A stretch of DNA of 64,000 bases, taken from Octopus sinensis (taxonomy: Eukaryota). Below the pieces are notes generated by a model. It saw only the letters and a program-made list of their open reading frames with translations, searched no databases and had not been told where the DNA came from. The position numbers and the translations under genes are program-made. This document shows, in pieces, positions 12,538 through 26,602 of the stretch (positions are counted from its first letter, which is position 1; the number at the start of each line of letters is the position of its first letter). The stretch lies in the NCBI RefSeq assembly GCF_006345805.1, contig NC_043005.1, positions 46,190,001-46,254,000 of the forward strand, in the 5' to 3' direction.

Positions 12538-12805
12538 TTTAAGACAAGAGGTGGTGGTGGTTGTGTTTGTTGTGTGGGATGATGCGATGGAAAAATGAGT
12601 GACAGGGATGTGTGTGGGGTGGAGGGTTTGGGCGGAGGATGATGGGGGAGGTGGTGGCGATGGTGGTGGTGGTGGTGGTGGTGGTGGTGGTGGTGGTGGT
12701 GGTACTGTGATGGCGGTGGCGTTGGTGGAGGCGGCTGTTTGCAGCAGCGATGTCCTTGATTGTTTCTCAAATCTTGGTAATTGTTCATCAATGTCAGTAT
12801 TATCC
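12538..12805 (-). CDS. Candidate exon encoding a Pro/His-rich low-complexity segment (MNNYQDLRNNQGHRCCKQPPPPTPPPSQYHHHH...QPPPPLVL); alternative open frame DNTDIDEQLPRFEKQSRT...
   Basis: Acceptor aaaatgttacag| at 12806, donor |gtaata at 12537; third-position variation in Pro/His codons (CCG CCT CCA CCA ACG CCA CCG) favours the His/Pro frame. No homology recognised. Confidence 0.35.
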
Positions 12806-12859
12806 CTGTAACATTTTAATACTTCGATGTTAACAACAGCATCATTTCTCGCCGCAGAC

Positions 12860-12933
12860 TGGGTAGTGATACATACATGCATACACACATGCATACATAC
12901 ATACATACATACATACATACATACATACATACA

Positions 12934-12966
<33 letters not shown>

Positions 12967-13076
12967 GTATGTATATGTATATGTATGTGTATATATATAT
13001 ATGCATACATACCCATATATATGTATACCTATATGTATGCGTTTATCTGTTTATTGGTATGTGTATGTATACATAC

Positions 13077-13138
<62 letters not shown>

Positions 13139-13662
13139 GTATGTATACACACACATACATATACACACATTTATATACATGTATATGTATGTACACACAA
13201 GCACTCGCGCACACACACATTTACATACATGCATATGTATGTATGTATACACGCACACAGAGATGCATGCGCATACATATATGTATGCATACATACACGT
13301 ACATGTATACATTCATACATACATACGCAATATGTACATACACACATGCATACATACATAATGCATGCATACATGCATACATGCATACATGCATACATGC
13401 ATACATGCTTGCATATATACATCCATACATTCTTACGCACGCACGTACGCACATGCATGCATGCATACATACATACACACACATACATACATACATACAT
13501 ACATACATACATACATACATACGTACGTACATACATACATACATACTACATACATACATACATACATACTTACATACATACATACATACATACATACACA
13601 CACATACATACATACATACATACTACATACATACATACATACATACATACATACATACATAC

Positions 13663-13693
<31 letters not shown>

Positions 13694-13718
13694 CATACAT
13701 ACATACATACATACATAC

Positions 13719-13749
<31 letters not shown>

Positions 13750-13812
13750 CATACATACACATACATACATTCACACATACATTCACACATACACTCACAC
13801 ACACATGCATAC
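12860..13812. repeat. Large (CATA)n/(TA)n/(CA)n microsatellite complex
   Basis: Direct inspection. Confidence 0.95.
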
Positions 13813-14384
13813 ATGTTAAATTCCAAACTGACTACTACATGTCTACAGATTTGTGAAATGTGAATTGTGAAAGCCTGGGTTAAAAGAGGACGTAGAGTTT
13901 CATGAATTAAGAATAAATTTCCATTTCTGTTGTAAATCTAGATAAATTGCATGATCTCTATACAGACAAGATGCTGGTGTGGTGGGTGGAAAGATCTGAG
14001 AAGTCGGAGATAATTAGAGACTAACAACTGCTGATGTAATGACCTTTTTGACTTTTTCGAAGCTTTGGCAGCAATAGTGTAGCTTCTTAATCTGTAGTTA
14101 TTATATAAAGTGGAGAGCAAAGGATCTTTAGCTGTTTAGCAAAAGGGTGCATCGAGTTAGTTTGGTTTAGCTGAATTTATCCAGACAGTTGTTCTGTCCG
14201 TCTGTCTGGTTTATTGGTTAAAAGTGTTGGCTTGTTGTATTGTTTGTTGTTAGGAGGGACTGAAGGAAGCTTGTAACGTAGCTGTACTGAGCGAAAGTGA
14301 AAGTGAAAGGGGTTGGGAAGGAAGGATAAGAAATAAGGGCGAATGAGAAGGTGAGATAGATCGATGGATAGATAGATGGATAGA

Positions 14385-14813
<429 letters not shown>

Positions 14814-14820
14814 ATACATA

Positions 14821-15000
14821 CAATCGGACCAAAAGTTTGGAACGAACATAAGTCTGGAAAATTTTTTCTTGCAGATATTGAACCATTGACTCAGTTATTG
14901 GGTAGGTATATTTCTATGTTGTATATATTTGAATCGAATCGTACTTGGGCCTAAAGAATATTAATTAAAAAAGAATGTTCCAAACTTTTGGTCAGGACTG
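14821..15000. mobile_element. 180-bp Tc1-type MITE
   Basis: TA|CAATCGGACCAAAAGTTTGGAAC ... GTTCCAAACTTTTGGTCAGGACTG|TA. Confidence 0.85.
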
Positions 15001-15057
15001 TATGTGTCTGTGTGCATATATGCATATATTGATAGCTATATATCTATATATATATCT

Positions 15058-15321
15058 AATGGCCCAGTGGTTAGGGCAGCGGACTCGCGGTCGTAGGATC
15101 GCGGTTTCGATTCCCAGACCGGGCGTTGTGGGTGTTTATTGAGCGAAAACACCTAAAAGCAGGGGGTGGTGATCCCTGCTGTCCTCTTTCACCACTCTTT
15201 CTCCCACTCTTTCTTCTGTTGGCCTGCTCGCTTAGCCAGCGGGGTGGCGTCATTCAAAGGCTAAAACAATGCGAACGCATTGTGACCAGCGATGTGTAAC
15301 TACATCTGATGGACTGGTCGG
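15058..15321 (+). mobile_element. SINE family 2 (body alpha, tail X)
   Basis: Homologous to 2701-2998. Confidence 0.85.
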
Positions 15322-15351
15322 AATTATTTATTATTTATTATATCTATATAC

Positions 15352-15566
15352 GTGAAGGCAATTCCCTGACTGGGTGGCGCGTTGTGTTCTTGAGCAAAAC
15401 ACTTCATTTCACATTGCTCCAGCCTCCCTTCGATAAGGGAGAATTGTTGGCCCGCTCACCTAACCAGTAGGATGGCGTCGTTTGAAGGCTAAAACAATGC
15501 AAAAAGCACATTGTGACCAGTGATGTTTAACAACATGTGACAAACTGGTTGATCATATGATCAAGT
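15352..15566 (+). mobile_element. SINE, body beta with tail X
   Basis: GTTGTGTTCTTGAGCAAAACACTTCATTTCACATTGCTCCAG as in 32465; tail GGCGTCGTTTGAAGGCTAAAACAATGC as in 2701 and 15058. Confidence 0.7.
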
Positions 15567-15604
15567 GATATACCTATATATATATATATATATATATATA
15601 TTCC

Positions 15605-15639
<35 letters not shown>

Positions 15640-15738
15640 ATATATATCTATCCATATCTATAGATTTAGCTACATCTACATCGTATATATGTATATATAT
15701 ATGTTATATATACACTCACGTGTACCTTTAGTCTGTTG

Positions 15739-15769
<31 letters not shown>

Positions 15770-16184
15770 TGTATGTATGTATTATGTATGTATGTATACA
15801 GAGAAAGAGAGGGCATGAGAAAACAAAGTTGGGTGTAAGCGGGAGTGTACCTGTGTGAAAGAAACAGAAAAAGACAGTAAAAAGAAAGATATACTATAAT
15901 GAGAGTAATGGTGTTTGTTCTCAATCTACGTAAAGACTGGATGTTAATCCAAAGTGTATCTGACATCAGTGATTTCATCCTTATCGACTGAGGGGTTCAA
16001 TTTAAGTGAATGGTGGACAGTCAGTCCCTTTATGTCTGAATAATTATAATAGAAACACAGAGATATACATCCATTAGAAAACAATAGCAATAATGAAGTT
16101 TTAAAAATTAATTGCATTAAGCAAACTGGTAGAATCACCATGCTTACTTACTTAAACCCTTCACTACGGAGCATAAGCTGTGAC

Positions 16185-16595
16185 ACTAGCAGAGTGGTTT
16201 TTATGTGGCACCAGCAAATGAGCTTCATGTGACACCAGCAACAGCCCCAGCAATTAGCCAAATAATTTCCAAGACAAGGATCTCAACTAAGAGCTCTCTG
16301 TCTTACAAGTTACATGGTGGCCCTGCTGGTGCTTGTGTCACATAAAAAGCACCTGTGCTGGTGGCACATAAAAAAGGCCTGTGTTGTTGCCATGTAAAAC
16401 CTCCCAAAATATTTTTTTTAATGTGGTTAGCATGAGGAAGGGCATCTAGCTGTAGAAACTATGCCAAAACAGATGACAGGGACTGGTGCAGCCCTCCGGC
16501 TTGTCAGCTCCAGTCAAGCTGTCCAACCCATGCTAGCATGGAAAATAGACATTAAATGGTGATGATGATGATAATGAAGATGATAATGATGATGA
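16185..16595 (+). mobile_element. Retroposon 3' end with (GAT)n tail (RTE-like, tentative)
   Basis: Short internal tandem repeats, then GGAAGGGCATCTAGCTGTAGAAAC ... CAACCCATGCTAGCATGGAAAA followed by (GAT)n. Confidence 0.55.
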
Positions 16596-17242
16596 ATCTC
16601 ACTGGGAAAATTGGTAGAACTATCAGACGCTTACTTATAACTTTCACTTTGGAGGATAAGCCCTTGATGACTTTTCTCTACGGATTTTGACTCTGTGCTG
16701 TCTCTTGAGTTGGATCTCTGCCTTTTCAGCCTTTCTTCCACCTCAATTACGTGTTCCATCCCCACTTGCTCTTCAGGCATATGTTTCCAGGGAATAAGGC
16801 CTTCCTTTCTCAAGTTCTGTTGGTTTTGAATTGTTATCAATTCTTTTGTAAATCATTTTTTTTTTCGACAAAGTAGGTATGTCGGCTCTATGCAAACCTA
16901 TTTTTACCTTTGGGAAAAGGTGGTCCTTATTAATCTGGGCTCTGTCCTTTGACTGGTATAGCTCTCAGGGTCATTGAGGCATACTGGTCATCACACCTCA
17001 ACAAGGACTGAACCATGTGGTGGCAGAATCGTCAGAGTGTCTTGTGATGTTTGTTGCAGCATTCTGTGGGCATTTTCAGTTTTCGTCTACCAATCCACTC
17101 ACAAAATTTTTAAAGTTGTTTCCCTTGCACACTTCCCCCCTTTTTTTTCTTTTCTGCTCTTAATTGTTCATTAAATTAATGGTTTAATCCCCTCATATGA
17201 GAGTAATTATCTTAATTAATTAAGATTTCTTGGATCTCTGTA

Positions 17243-17720
17243 CAGTGATCTCTCGTTTATCGCGATAGATTGGTTCAGAGACCGGCCGCGATAACTGAAT
17301 TTCCGCGAAGTAGGGACACCATATTTACAGTATTTATTTAACGTGTAGTTGAACTTTTAAAACCCTCCCTGTACTGTTAACAACCTACCCATTACAGTAG
17401 TCTATTAATAACAATGACAACTGTTAAGCAATAGCACTTTAGATTTAAAAAATAAAAATTGTTACTGTTAGACAGGCCAGATTACAAAATAGAAAGCTGT
17501 GATTTGTCGTCTCTCTCCATTGCACCAATCACAGCCCGTCTTAAGTTCAAATACCCCTGAATATGCTTTTTAGCTATTTTACGCCTGTTTTGTTGCTACT
17601 AGACTAGGAAATAGTATTTATTATTAATATTTTAATGTATTTAATGAAACATTTTAGACGTTCAGGAGCTTCCTGATGATTTCTTTTGAATGAAACAGTT
17701 CTAGTCCTGTAGAAGCTCCT
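17243..17720 (+). mobile_element. pogo/Tigger-like element, left end only
   Basis: TA|CAGTGATCTCTCGTTTATCGCG; no right TIR found; right boundary approximate. Confidence 0.5.
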
Positions 17721-17800
17721 TCTATAAAATAAATTAATTTACTCTGCTATGTATTGAGTACCTTATTTACTGTGGTTAGCCCCGACTCAACCCGGGACCT

Positions 17801-17847
<47 letters not shown>

Positions 17848-18042
17848 TATGTGGGCACAAGATGTCATGAAACGTGTACAACAAAAAATGCGAAGTGGGA
17901 GTACATGGAATATGAACTATTTTTATGAACAACGAAAGACACAAATGGAAAACAAGACAACAACATAAAGAACGACCCTTCATCAGTTGTTGTCTGTTTT
18001 CTACTCTCGTATTTCGAGCATTTAACAACAACAACAACAGCA

Positions 18043-18100
<58 letters not shown>

Positions 18101-19329
18101 GCATATATCGTTGCCTTGATATCAAAATGCGCTGACTGGGTATGCATTATATGTCCATTTAGCCCGTATATATCCCTCCCTATTCTTTGATTTTCTTTTT
18201 CCCCACTTAACTTGTTTCTTCCTCTCTCTCTCATTCTTCACTCTCTCTCTACCCCTCACCATTCTTCATGGTCTCCTGTAGCCATTCCCTTCTTCTCTCC
18301 CTTCCTCTTACTCCTCCTCCCCCCTTCCCGTCGTCCACCTGCGACGATACTTCCGCCCTGACTGTCTTTTTTGGCCTGGCTTTCAAGGTAACTGGACGAC
18401 ATTTTTCCTGCTCTCTTGTCGTTCACAAAAAATTCTGCGTTTGCAATACTTTTTTCGTTCGGCGTCAACAGCCCTTCTTATCTTGTTTTTCCCTGTCCTG
18501 TCTTTTACTGTTATATTTTTTTACTGTTTATATTTTTTTACTGTTTATTTTTTTACTGTTTATATTTTTGTACTGTCGTTACTGTCCTGTTTTTTTTTAC
18601 CGTTTTTTTTTACCATTTTTTACCCCTCTGCGAAAAGATCTCAGAATTTTAATTGATTTGCTTTTCGCAGGAAGGAAAGTTTCTTGTCGAAGATACGTCT
18701 CGCTTTTATCCTTCGAAACGTAGAGTAGATGAAACCCTAGCGACTGAAGAAGGGGTTTTTTCGTTGTGTTAATTGTCCTGTACTCCATTTTTTGTTTTTT
18801 TGTTGTTTTTAAAAAAATGTCCAGTTCCTTTGGTTTGTGTCTATGTTTTCGTTTCTCTTTGTGTTCGACGTCCCTTTGGTGTCCTGTACTCATATATGCG
18901 TGTATATGTACATGTATGTGAGAATGGTGTGTATGAGTGTGTATCTGTGAATGGGGATATAATAGTGCTTAATGCTTGATGATGATAGTTCTACAGAATA
19001 TAGATATCAATAAATAGTTTATTATAACAATATATAGAATATCATATCAACTAATAGATTATATTTATTATATTCATCGATCATAATATTAAAAAATAAA
19101 TTACAATATCTATAAATGGGCGATAATATTGGTTTCAAATTTTGGCACAAGGTTATCGATCCCAGTGCTCAACTGGTGCTTATTTTGTTGACCCCTAAAA
19201 GATGAAAGGCAAAAGTGACCTTGGTGGAATTTGAACTCAGAACGTTAAGAGGGCCAAATGCTGCTAGCATTTTCCCTGGCGCGGTAATGATTCAGCCAGA
19301 TCATCATCTTTAGCGGATGATAGATTTTA

Positions 19330-19368
19330 ATATCACACAATTTACCAATAAATAGAATATGATGTTGA

Positions 19369-19405
<37 letters not shown>

Positions 19406-19856
19406 GAATAAATTATATATTGAAAGATAAACAAATACATTATAATAGCTAATGATCAATAGATTACAACATCTGTGAATAAATAAATTATAATCCCATT
19501 AGATAAACTATGGTGTTAATAAGCAGATTATAATATCAATAGAAAGATTATGTTATCAATATATAAATTATAATACAGACATTATCAATCCATAATCAAT
19601 AAATGAATAGATTTTAATGTCAACAAATTAATAAATAAATGGATTATGATATCAATAAATATATTATATCATCAATAAGTGGGTGATAATATCAATAAAT
19701 GGATTATAATATAAATAGATGATTATATTATCAATCAATTTGTAAATAAATTGATTATAATATCAATGGATAAACAAATAGATTATGATATCAATCAAGC
19801 GATTATATCAATAAATAAACAGAATATAATATCAATAATTAGAGTATATTATCAAT
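19330..19856. repeat. Degenerate AT-rich minisatellite (about 22-24 bp, AATAAATAGATTATAATATCAAT-like) with (TAAA)n
   Basis: Recurring GATTAT(A/G)ATATCAAT motif. Confidence 0.75.
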
Positions 19857-20235
19857 AGGTACAGGCGTGGCTATATGGTAAGAAGCTTGCTTCCGAGCCA
19901 TACGGTTCCCAGTTCAGTCCCACTGCATGGCACCTTGGGCAAGTATCCTCTATGAAAGCTTCGGGCCAACCAAAGCCTTGTGAGTAGATTTGGTAGAAAG
20001 AAGCCGTTCTGTGTCTGTGTTTGTCTGTCCACCACTGCATGACAACCGGTGTTGGTGTGCTTACGTCCCCGTAACTTAGCGGTTCAGCAAAAGCGACCGA
20101 TAGAATAAGTACCAGGCTTATAGAGAAAAAAAAAAAAAGTACACAGGGTCGATTTATTTGCCTAGAAATTTTAGGCAAATAAATCGACCCTGTGTACTTT
20201 TTTTTTTCTTTATACTTATTCTATCGGTCGTTTTT
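19857..20235 (+). mobile_element. SINE family 3 whose tail is replaced by a fold-back palindrome
   Basis: Head GGCGTGGCTATATGGTAAGAAG...GGCACCTTGGGCAAG; inverted duplication 20089-20235. Confidence 0.8.
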
Positions 20236-20553
20236 GATATTTCGCATTATATCTGAATTTCTAGAAGTCGGGAAAGAGGTCCATATTTATTCATAATATA
20301 GTTTATCTTTTATCTTTTACTTGTTTCAGTCATTAGACTGCGGTCATGCAATATTCTGTACCCTATATTGAATAAACAGACCATGTTTATAAAATTGGTG
20401 AATAGTTTTATTATTTACTTTTTCAAGTGAATTTATGACGATTATATATACACTGCTTTAGAAGTATATTGATTTGTACACGTTAAATAAAGTCATGTTC
20501 TTTACTTTTCTTCTTTTATTTTTCATCCTGTAAACATTATATATGGTACTACA

Positions 20554-21064
<511 letters not shown>

Positions 21065-21259
21065 ATAGTATAATATATCTTAAGAATTTTAATTGATGTA
21101 ATCAACTAGACCCTTCTCCAGAATATTTAAGGCCTTGTACCCAGAAAAGAAAGAATAATCAACGGAAATTGAGCCCAAGATCTGACGAGCATGAGTACAA
21201 CATCCTAACCACTAGGTCACATGCCTTCACTATATTGCCAGTAATATTTGTTATTAAAA

Positions 21260-21478
21260 GGGCAGCTAGCTGGCAGAATCGTTAGCACGACAGGCAAAAT
21301 TCCTACCAGTATTTCATTCGTCTTAACGTTCTGAGCTCAAATTCCACCACGGTCGACTATGCTTTTTCGTCCTTTCAGGGGCGATAAAATAGGTACCAGT
21401 TGAGCACTGGGGTCGATGTAATCGACTTAATCCTCACCACGAAACTGCAGGCCTTGTGCCAAAATTTGAAATCAATAT
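21260..21478 (+). mobile_element. SINE family 1, tail C
   Basis: Family-1 head and body; tail GGCCTTGTGCCAAAATTTGAAATC. Confidence 0.85.
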
Positions 21479-22481
21479 TTGTAATTAGTAATTAAGACAG
21501 CATAAATAGAATTCTTGTTTCATAAAGGTAAACATGTTAAGTACAAACCTATAGTAATCTATGACTTTGATAGCGTTTTAGCAATATAGTATTGTAGCTA
21601 TAAAAACATAAATGAGTGAAAATAAAAGAGACTAGAATATTTTGTTGAGAAGTTTTCTGAAATCTTATTTTCTGATAGTTCCGTTCTGAAAGTAACGATG
21701 GCTTCATTATATAGGAACTAAATGACAGGAATACCTAATGACAATACAAGCCGGCATATTTCTTTCTGTGAGGATTCTTTCAATAGACATTCAATCCGTA
21801 TGTTCTTGACACTTTCTTGGCTCGGCAACTAAAGCTACTTTAGTAGCGGTTCCTTTTCTTTTCAAGTCAAAATGATGTCTCGTTTTAGGTTTGTGTTTGT
21901 TGCACAGTACAACGTGTAGCAAAAGCGAATGACTGATAAATGATAGTAAGTCTTCATTGGCTCTCAGTTTGATGTGAAGACTTGTGTTTCCACTACCAGT
22001 TTTAGGTGTTCCTGACAGCGCCAACTGAAAAGCTAATGATTAAAAATGGCTGACTAATCAAATGCAACGCAAGAATATTTAAGGAACGTCTGTCTATGAT
22101 AAAATTCGTTATAAAAATATAAATAAACAAAACTAAAATAGTATAAAAAGCTTCCCACCCAAACCCCACAAAAACGCCGGTATTTATGTTTTCTTTAGAA
22201 TAATAATTTGGAAACCACCAGAAGAGAATCAATTTTCGTGCAGTAGACACGGAGACAGTGTGACTACATTTTACTGTTAACTTCCATTTTTTTTCTTTCT
22301 TCGCTCATGTATGTTTATTCTTCTGTTTTGGATTTATATTTTTAGTGTGGAATATTTATGTAATTAAGTATACTGTAACAGTAAATCCTCGAATGTTTAC
22401 TAACCAGCCAGCCAGCCAGCCATCCAACCAACCAACCAACCAACCAACCAACAAACAAACGTGTATCTATGCATGCCTCTG

Positions 22482-22564
<83 letters not shown>

Positions 22565-22585
22565 ACACACACAGATATACACACA

Positions 22586-22800
22586 CGAGGGGGTACTGAA
22601 ACGTTTCTAACTATGGGTAAAAAGAAACTACAGGAGGATTAATTAGTTAATTATGATTTTATAGAACATATATTCCCCTCTCAGATTCACACACTTATTG
22701 CATTGGTCCTCCAGTTTTTCTAAACCCTGTAAAAGAACTCGGAAGTTTGGGCCGCCAACCAGGCCATTCTTAAAGCCGAGAACTTTTCAGCGCTCCCACG
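22586..22800 (-). mobile_element. mariner-derived MITE
   Basis: Termini CGAGGGGGTACTGAAA / TTTCAGCGCTCCCACG|TA; minus strand keeps the transposase C-terminus GLE-LEDQCNKCVNLRGEYVL. Confidence 0.7.
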
Positions 22801-22820
22801 TATGTATGTGTATGTATATA

Positions 22821-22924
<104 letters not shown>

Positions 22925-23690
22925 CGTGCGACGGGGTGGAGAAACACGCAGCCACATGCGCACACCTTCACACACACATGCACGCATACACGCACATATG
23001 CGGGGTCACCGAAAACAATCTTGTTTGCACGGCAAATCAAGACTGCTTTTGGACTCGCGGAGACAGGGTAAGTTGGGCCTCTCTCAGAATTTAAGGTTTA
23101 AGGTCCAAATATATCTCAAATCAACACACTGCGCACGCGCATTGTGTTTCACATTTATAGAGCCATATGTTGCAATGATTAATCATAACATCAATAAAAA
23201 TGACAACAAAAGTCGATACGTGGTTTTTAATGAAGTATCTCAAATCGATTAGAATAATGTTTAATTGTTTAGAATCACAGACATTTCGATGTAAACTTGA
23301 CATTTTCAACAGAAATTGAACTGTTATTTATAAAAAGCAGAATTTGAATGTTACGTATAAAAAAAAAAAAAAACTCGCCTAAATTTCAATTCAGTTCATA
23401 TTTGTAGAGCTGTTGACATAATTTACCATTTGAAATATCATTTATATTAAATGGAAACTTGGGAAAATTTACTTGGATCTTGTTAAAATTCTTTCAACAA
23501 CTTAATGTTTTTCAGATTCTCACCAGATCTTATTTTCAAATCTTCTACAGCGATGTAACTTCTTTATTATCAATTTCCAGAAAAAAAATGAAAGTGGGTT
23601 TTCGTCATTTGCATGCAACACTATAAATAATCTGGTGAAAAATTGAAATACTTCAAGTGGCTGTGGAATGAATTTAACAAGATCCATATA

Positions 23691-23846
23691 CAGTAGTACC
23701 TCGGTTTTCGAACAACTCTGATCACGAATAAATCGTACTTTATCGCCTGTTTTTCTCATATTCATTTAATACAGTAGTACCTCGGTTAACGAACGCCTCT
23801 GATAACGAATAAATATATCTATATCTATCTATGTATATATATATAT

Positions 23847-23886
<40 letters not shown>

Positions 23887-23930
23887 GATTTATTCGCGAT
23901 CAGAGTTTTTCAAAAACCGAGGTACAATTG
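23691..23930. mobile_element. pogo/Tigger-like MITE with ~46-bp TIRs and a duplicated left TIR
   Basis: TA|CAGTAGTACCTCGGTTTTCGAAC ... AAAACCGAGGTACAATTG|TA; second TACAGTAGTACCTCGG at 23770. Confidence 0.8.
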
Positions 23931-24248
23931 TACTTGCCTAAATGTAGCAATTTTAATTGGTTTAAATCTGTATAGCACCAGTATCTTTTAGTTTCACACT
24001 ATTACTTTTGTAGAAGCATACCTAGATACTTACAGAGAGGTTTTACTCCATAAACTTGAAAGAGGGAGAAGAGAATATTCGTTAAAGTTTGATCTATTTT
24101 AAATTATAAAGACAGTTTTATCATTATATATTCGTTTATATAAATTAAAGTGAAAAATGTGTAACAAATATATCTTACTCTCGATTTTAAATGTTCCTGC
24201 TATAGCTTCTGCTGTTTTGGGGATGGATGTAAATCGATCACATCTACG

Positions 24249-25679
24249 CACTAGCGTAGCCAGAGTGTGTGCCACTCGGGGAGGCCCTTCCGTTTACCGC
24301 CCCACCCCCGGACCCCACAAAAGCCACATTGCCTACAGCAGACCTAAAAGTGGTGCCCATTTAAAAGTGCTGGACCTAGTCTTTTCCATTCGCAAAATAT
24401 GCATTTTTAAAAGGAAGTAAAAAATCTGAAAATCGGCTATAATAAATGTAGCCTTCCAGTCTCATTGCTTTGAAGGTAGATGTTGTGGGGAAAAAAATTG
24501 GTGAAAAAAGTTACAGAGGTTTGAAAATCGGAAAAACTGGGTATTTTTAGTCAATAGCGAGACAAAAGTTTTCTGCGTTTAGCGGAGTGGTGTCAACTTT
24601 AAGGTTGTGCCTTGTGAATTTTTTTTTAGTTTAGCGTCTGACCTGTTCATTGTAGGTTTCTAAATAAACTGAAATACTCAGTTTCATTGTCGGTTTCTAA
24701 ATAAACAGAAATACCTAATAAAATCAACATGTATCATCTTACTGTTTCTTTCGTCTCTTCATTGATTGTATGTTATTTTCATTAAAAAAAAAATTGTTAT
24801 ATTAATACATTTGTTTGCATGTGTTTACTTTATGCGTACTTCAGGATTATGTATACCTGCCATGTATTTATGTACATCATTAATATAAAAGTGCATGTGT
24901 GTGTGTGTGTGCGTGTGTGTGCTTGGGTGTGTGTGTGTGTGTGTGTGTGTGAAAAGGGGGCATCTGTCTCCGAAACTCCAAAGTTGAGTAATGTTTTCAT
25001 GCTTGGATTTGTAAACTACGATAAGAATAACACTGGTCAACAAAGAATTTGTCCCAAGAAAAAGAATACCTGTATCTCATATGATTTTGCATGCAGAATT
25101 AAAAAGTAATGTCAAATTATCTGTATCACCCACAGATTCTCATTTCCACGATATCCCTCTCAGTTCCTGTTACGTGGGCTAAATTTCAGTTAAGCTGTTG
25201 AAATATGAAGCTAACGGTTTAAGAAATACTCCTAATATAGTTTTTTATGAATAGAATTAACCTAGTGAAATCATAAATCCAGCTATCTGAGTCAATGGGT
25301 CCCCAAAATATACGAAATGAAAATATGTAAAAGTACTGAGTGTGAAAAATCAACAAAGACAATAGCGGCACAGATTCCAGTGAACCACAACACAGCGTGC
25401 GGTTGTCATGGTAACAAGCTGCTAATTCCACGCTGTCTGTTGATTGGCTAAAATTACCCAAATTTCCCAACTTTAATTCCAAATAACATCAGATTCTTTA
25501 ATTTACGAGGTAAAATAATTGGTTGATCGTAATAAAAATTCAGAGTGGCATCGATACACCAAAATTGAAAGCAATATGAGTGAAATTAAGCGGGGTTCAT
25601 TTTGCGAATGAGAAATACTAGATCCAAAGTGCTACCCGGGGCGGACCGGCTCTACCGCCTCCACCTAGTTACGCTAGTG
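24249..25679. mobile_element. 1.43-kb non-autonomous hAT element
   Basis: TIR CACTAGCGTAGC / AGTTACGCTAGTG; 8-bp TSD CATCTACG/CATCTATG; no transposase ORF. Confidence 0.85.
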
Positions 25680-25834
25680 CATCTATGTCAGTGTGTAACT
25701 GGTATTTATTTCATCGAACTCCGAAAGGATTAAAAGACAAAATCGACCTTGGCGGAATTTGAACTCAGAACGTAAACACGGGCGATATTCTGGATTTGAA
25801 TTTTTAATAAAGCGTTAAACAGTGTGTAAGAGAG

Positions 25835-26602
25835 ATATTAGTTTCAAATTTTGACATAAGGGCAGCAAGTTCGTGGGGGAAGGGATTAGTCGATTGCATC
25901 GACTCTAAAAGCGTGAAAGGCAAAATCAACCTCAGCGAAATTTGAACTCAGAACGTGAAGGCAATCGAAATACCGCCCAGCATTTTGTCCGGCGTGCTAA
26001 CGATTCTTAAATCTTTATTACCCATAAGGGGCTAAACACAGAGGGAACAAACAAGGACAGACAAACGGATTAAGTCGATTACATCGACCCCAGTGCGTAA
26101 CTGGTACTTAATTTATCGACCCCGAAAGGATGAAAGGCAAAGTCGACCTCGACGGAATTTGAACTCAGAACGCAGTGGCGGACGAAATACCCATTTCTTT
26201 ATTACCCACAAGGGGCTAAACATAGAGGGGACAAACAAGGACAGACATAGGTATTAAGTCGATTATATCGACCCCAGTGCGTAACTGGTACTTAATTTAT
26301 CGACCCCGAAAGGATGAAAGGCAAAGTCGACCTCGACGGAATTTGAACTCAGAACGCAGCGGCGGACGAAATACCTATTTCTTTATTACCCACAAGGGGC
26401 TAAACATAGAGGGGACAAATAAGGACAGACATAGGTATTAAATCGATTGCATCGACCCCAGTGCGTAACTGGTACTTAATTTATCGACCCCGAAATGATG
26501 AAGGCAAAGTCGACCTCGGCGGAATTTGAACTCAAAACGTAACGGCGGACGAAATGCCGCAAAGCATCTCGCCCGGCGTGCTAGCGATTTTGTCAGCTCG
26601 CT
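25835..26602 (-). mobile_element. Tandem array of four SINE family-1 units (one head, three head-truncated)
   Basis: Units of ~185 bp; junctions at ~26006, 26191 and 26375. Confidence 0.9.
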
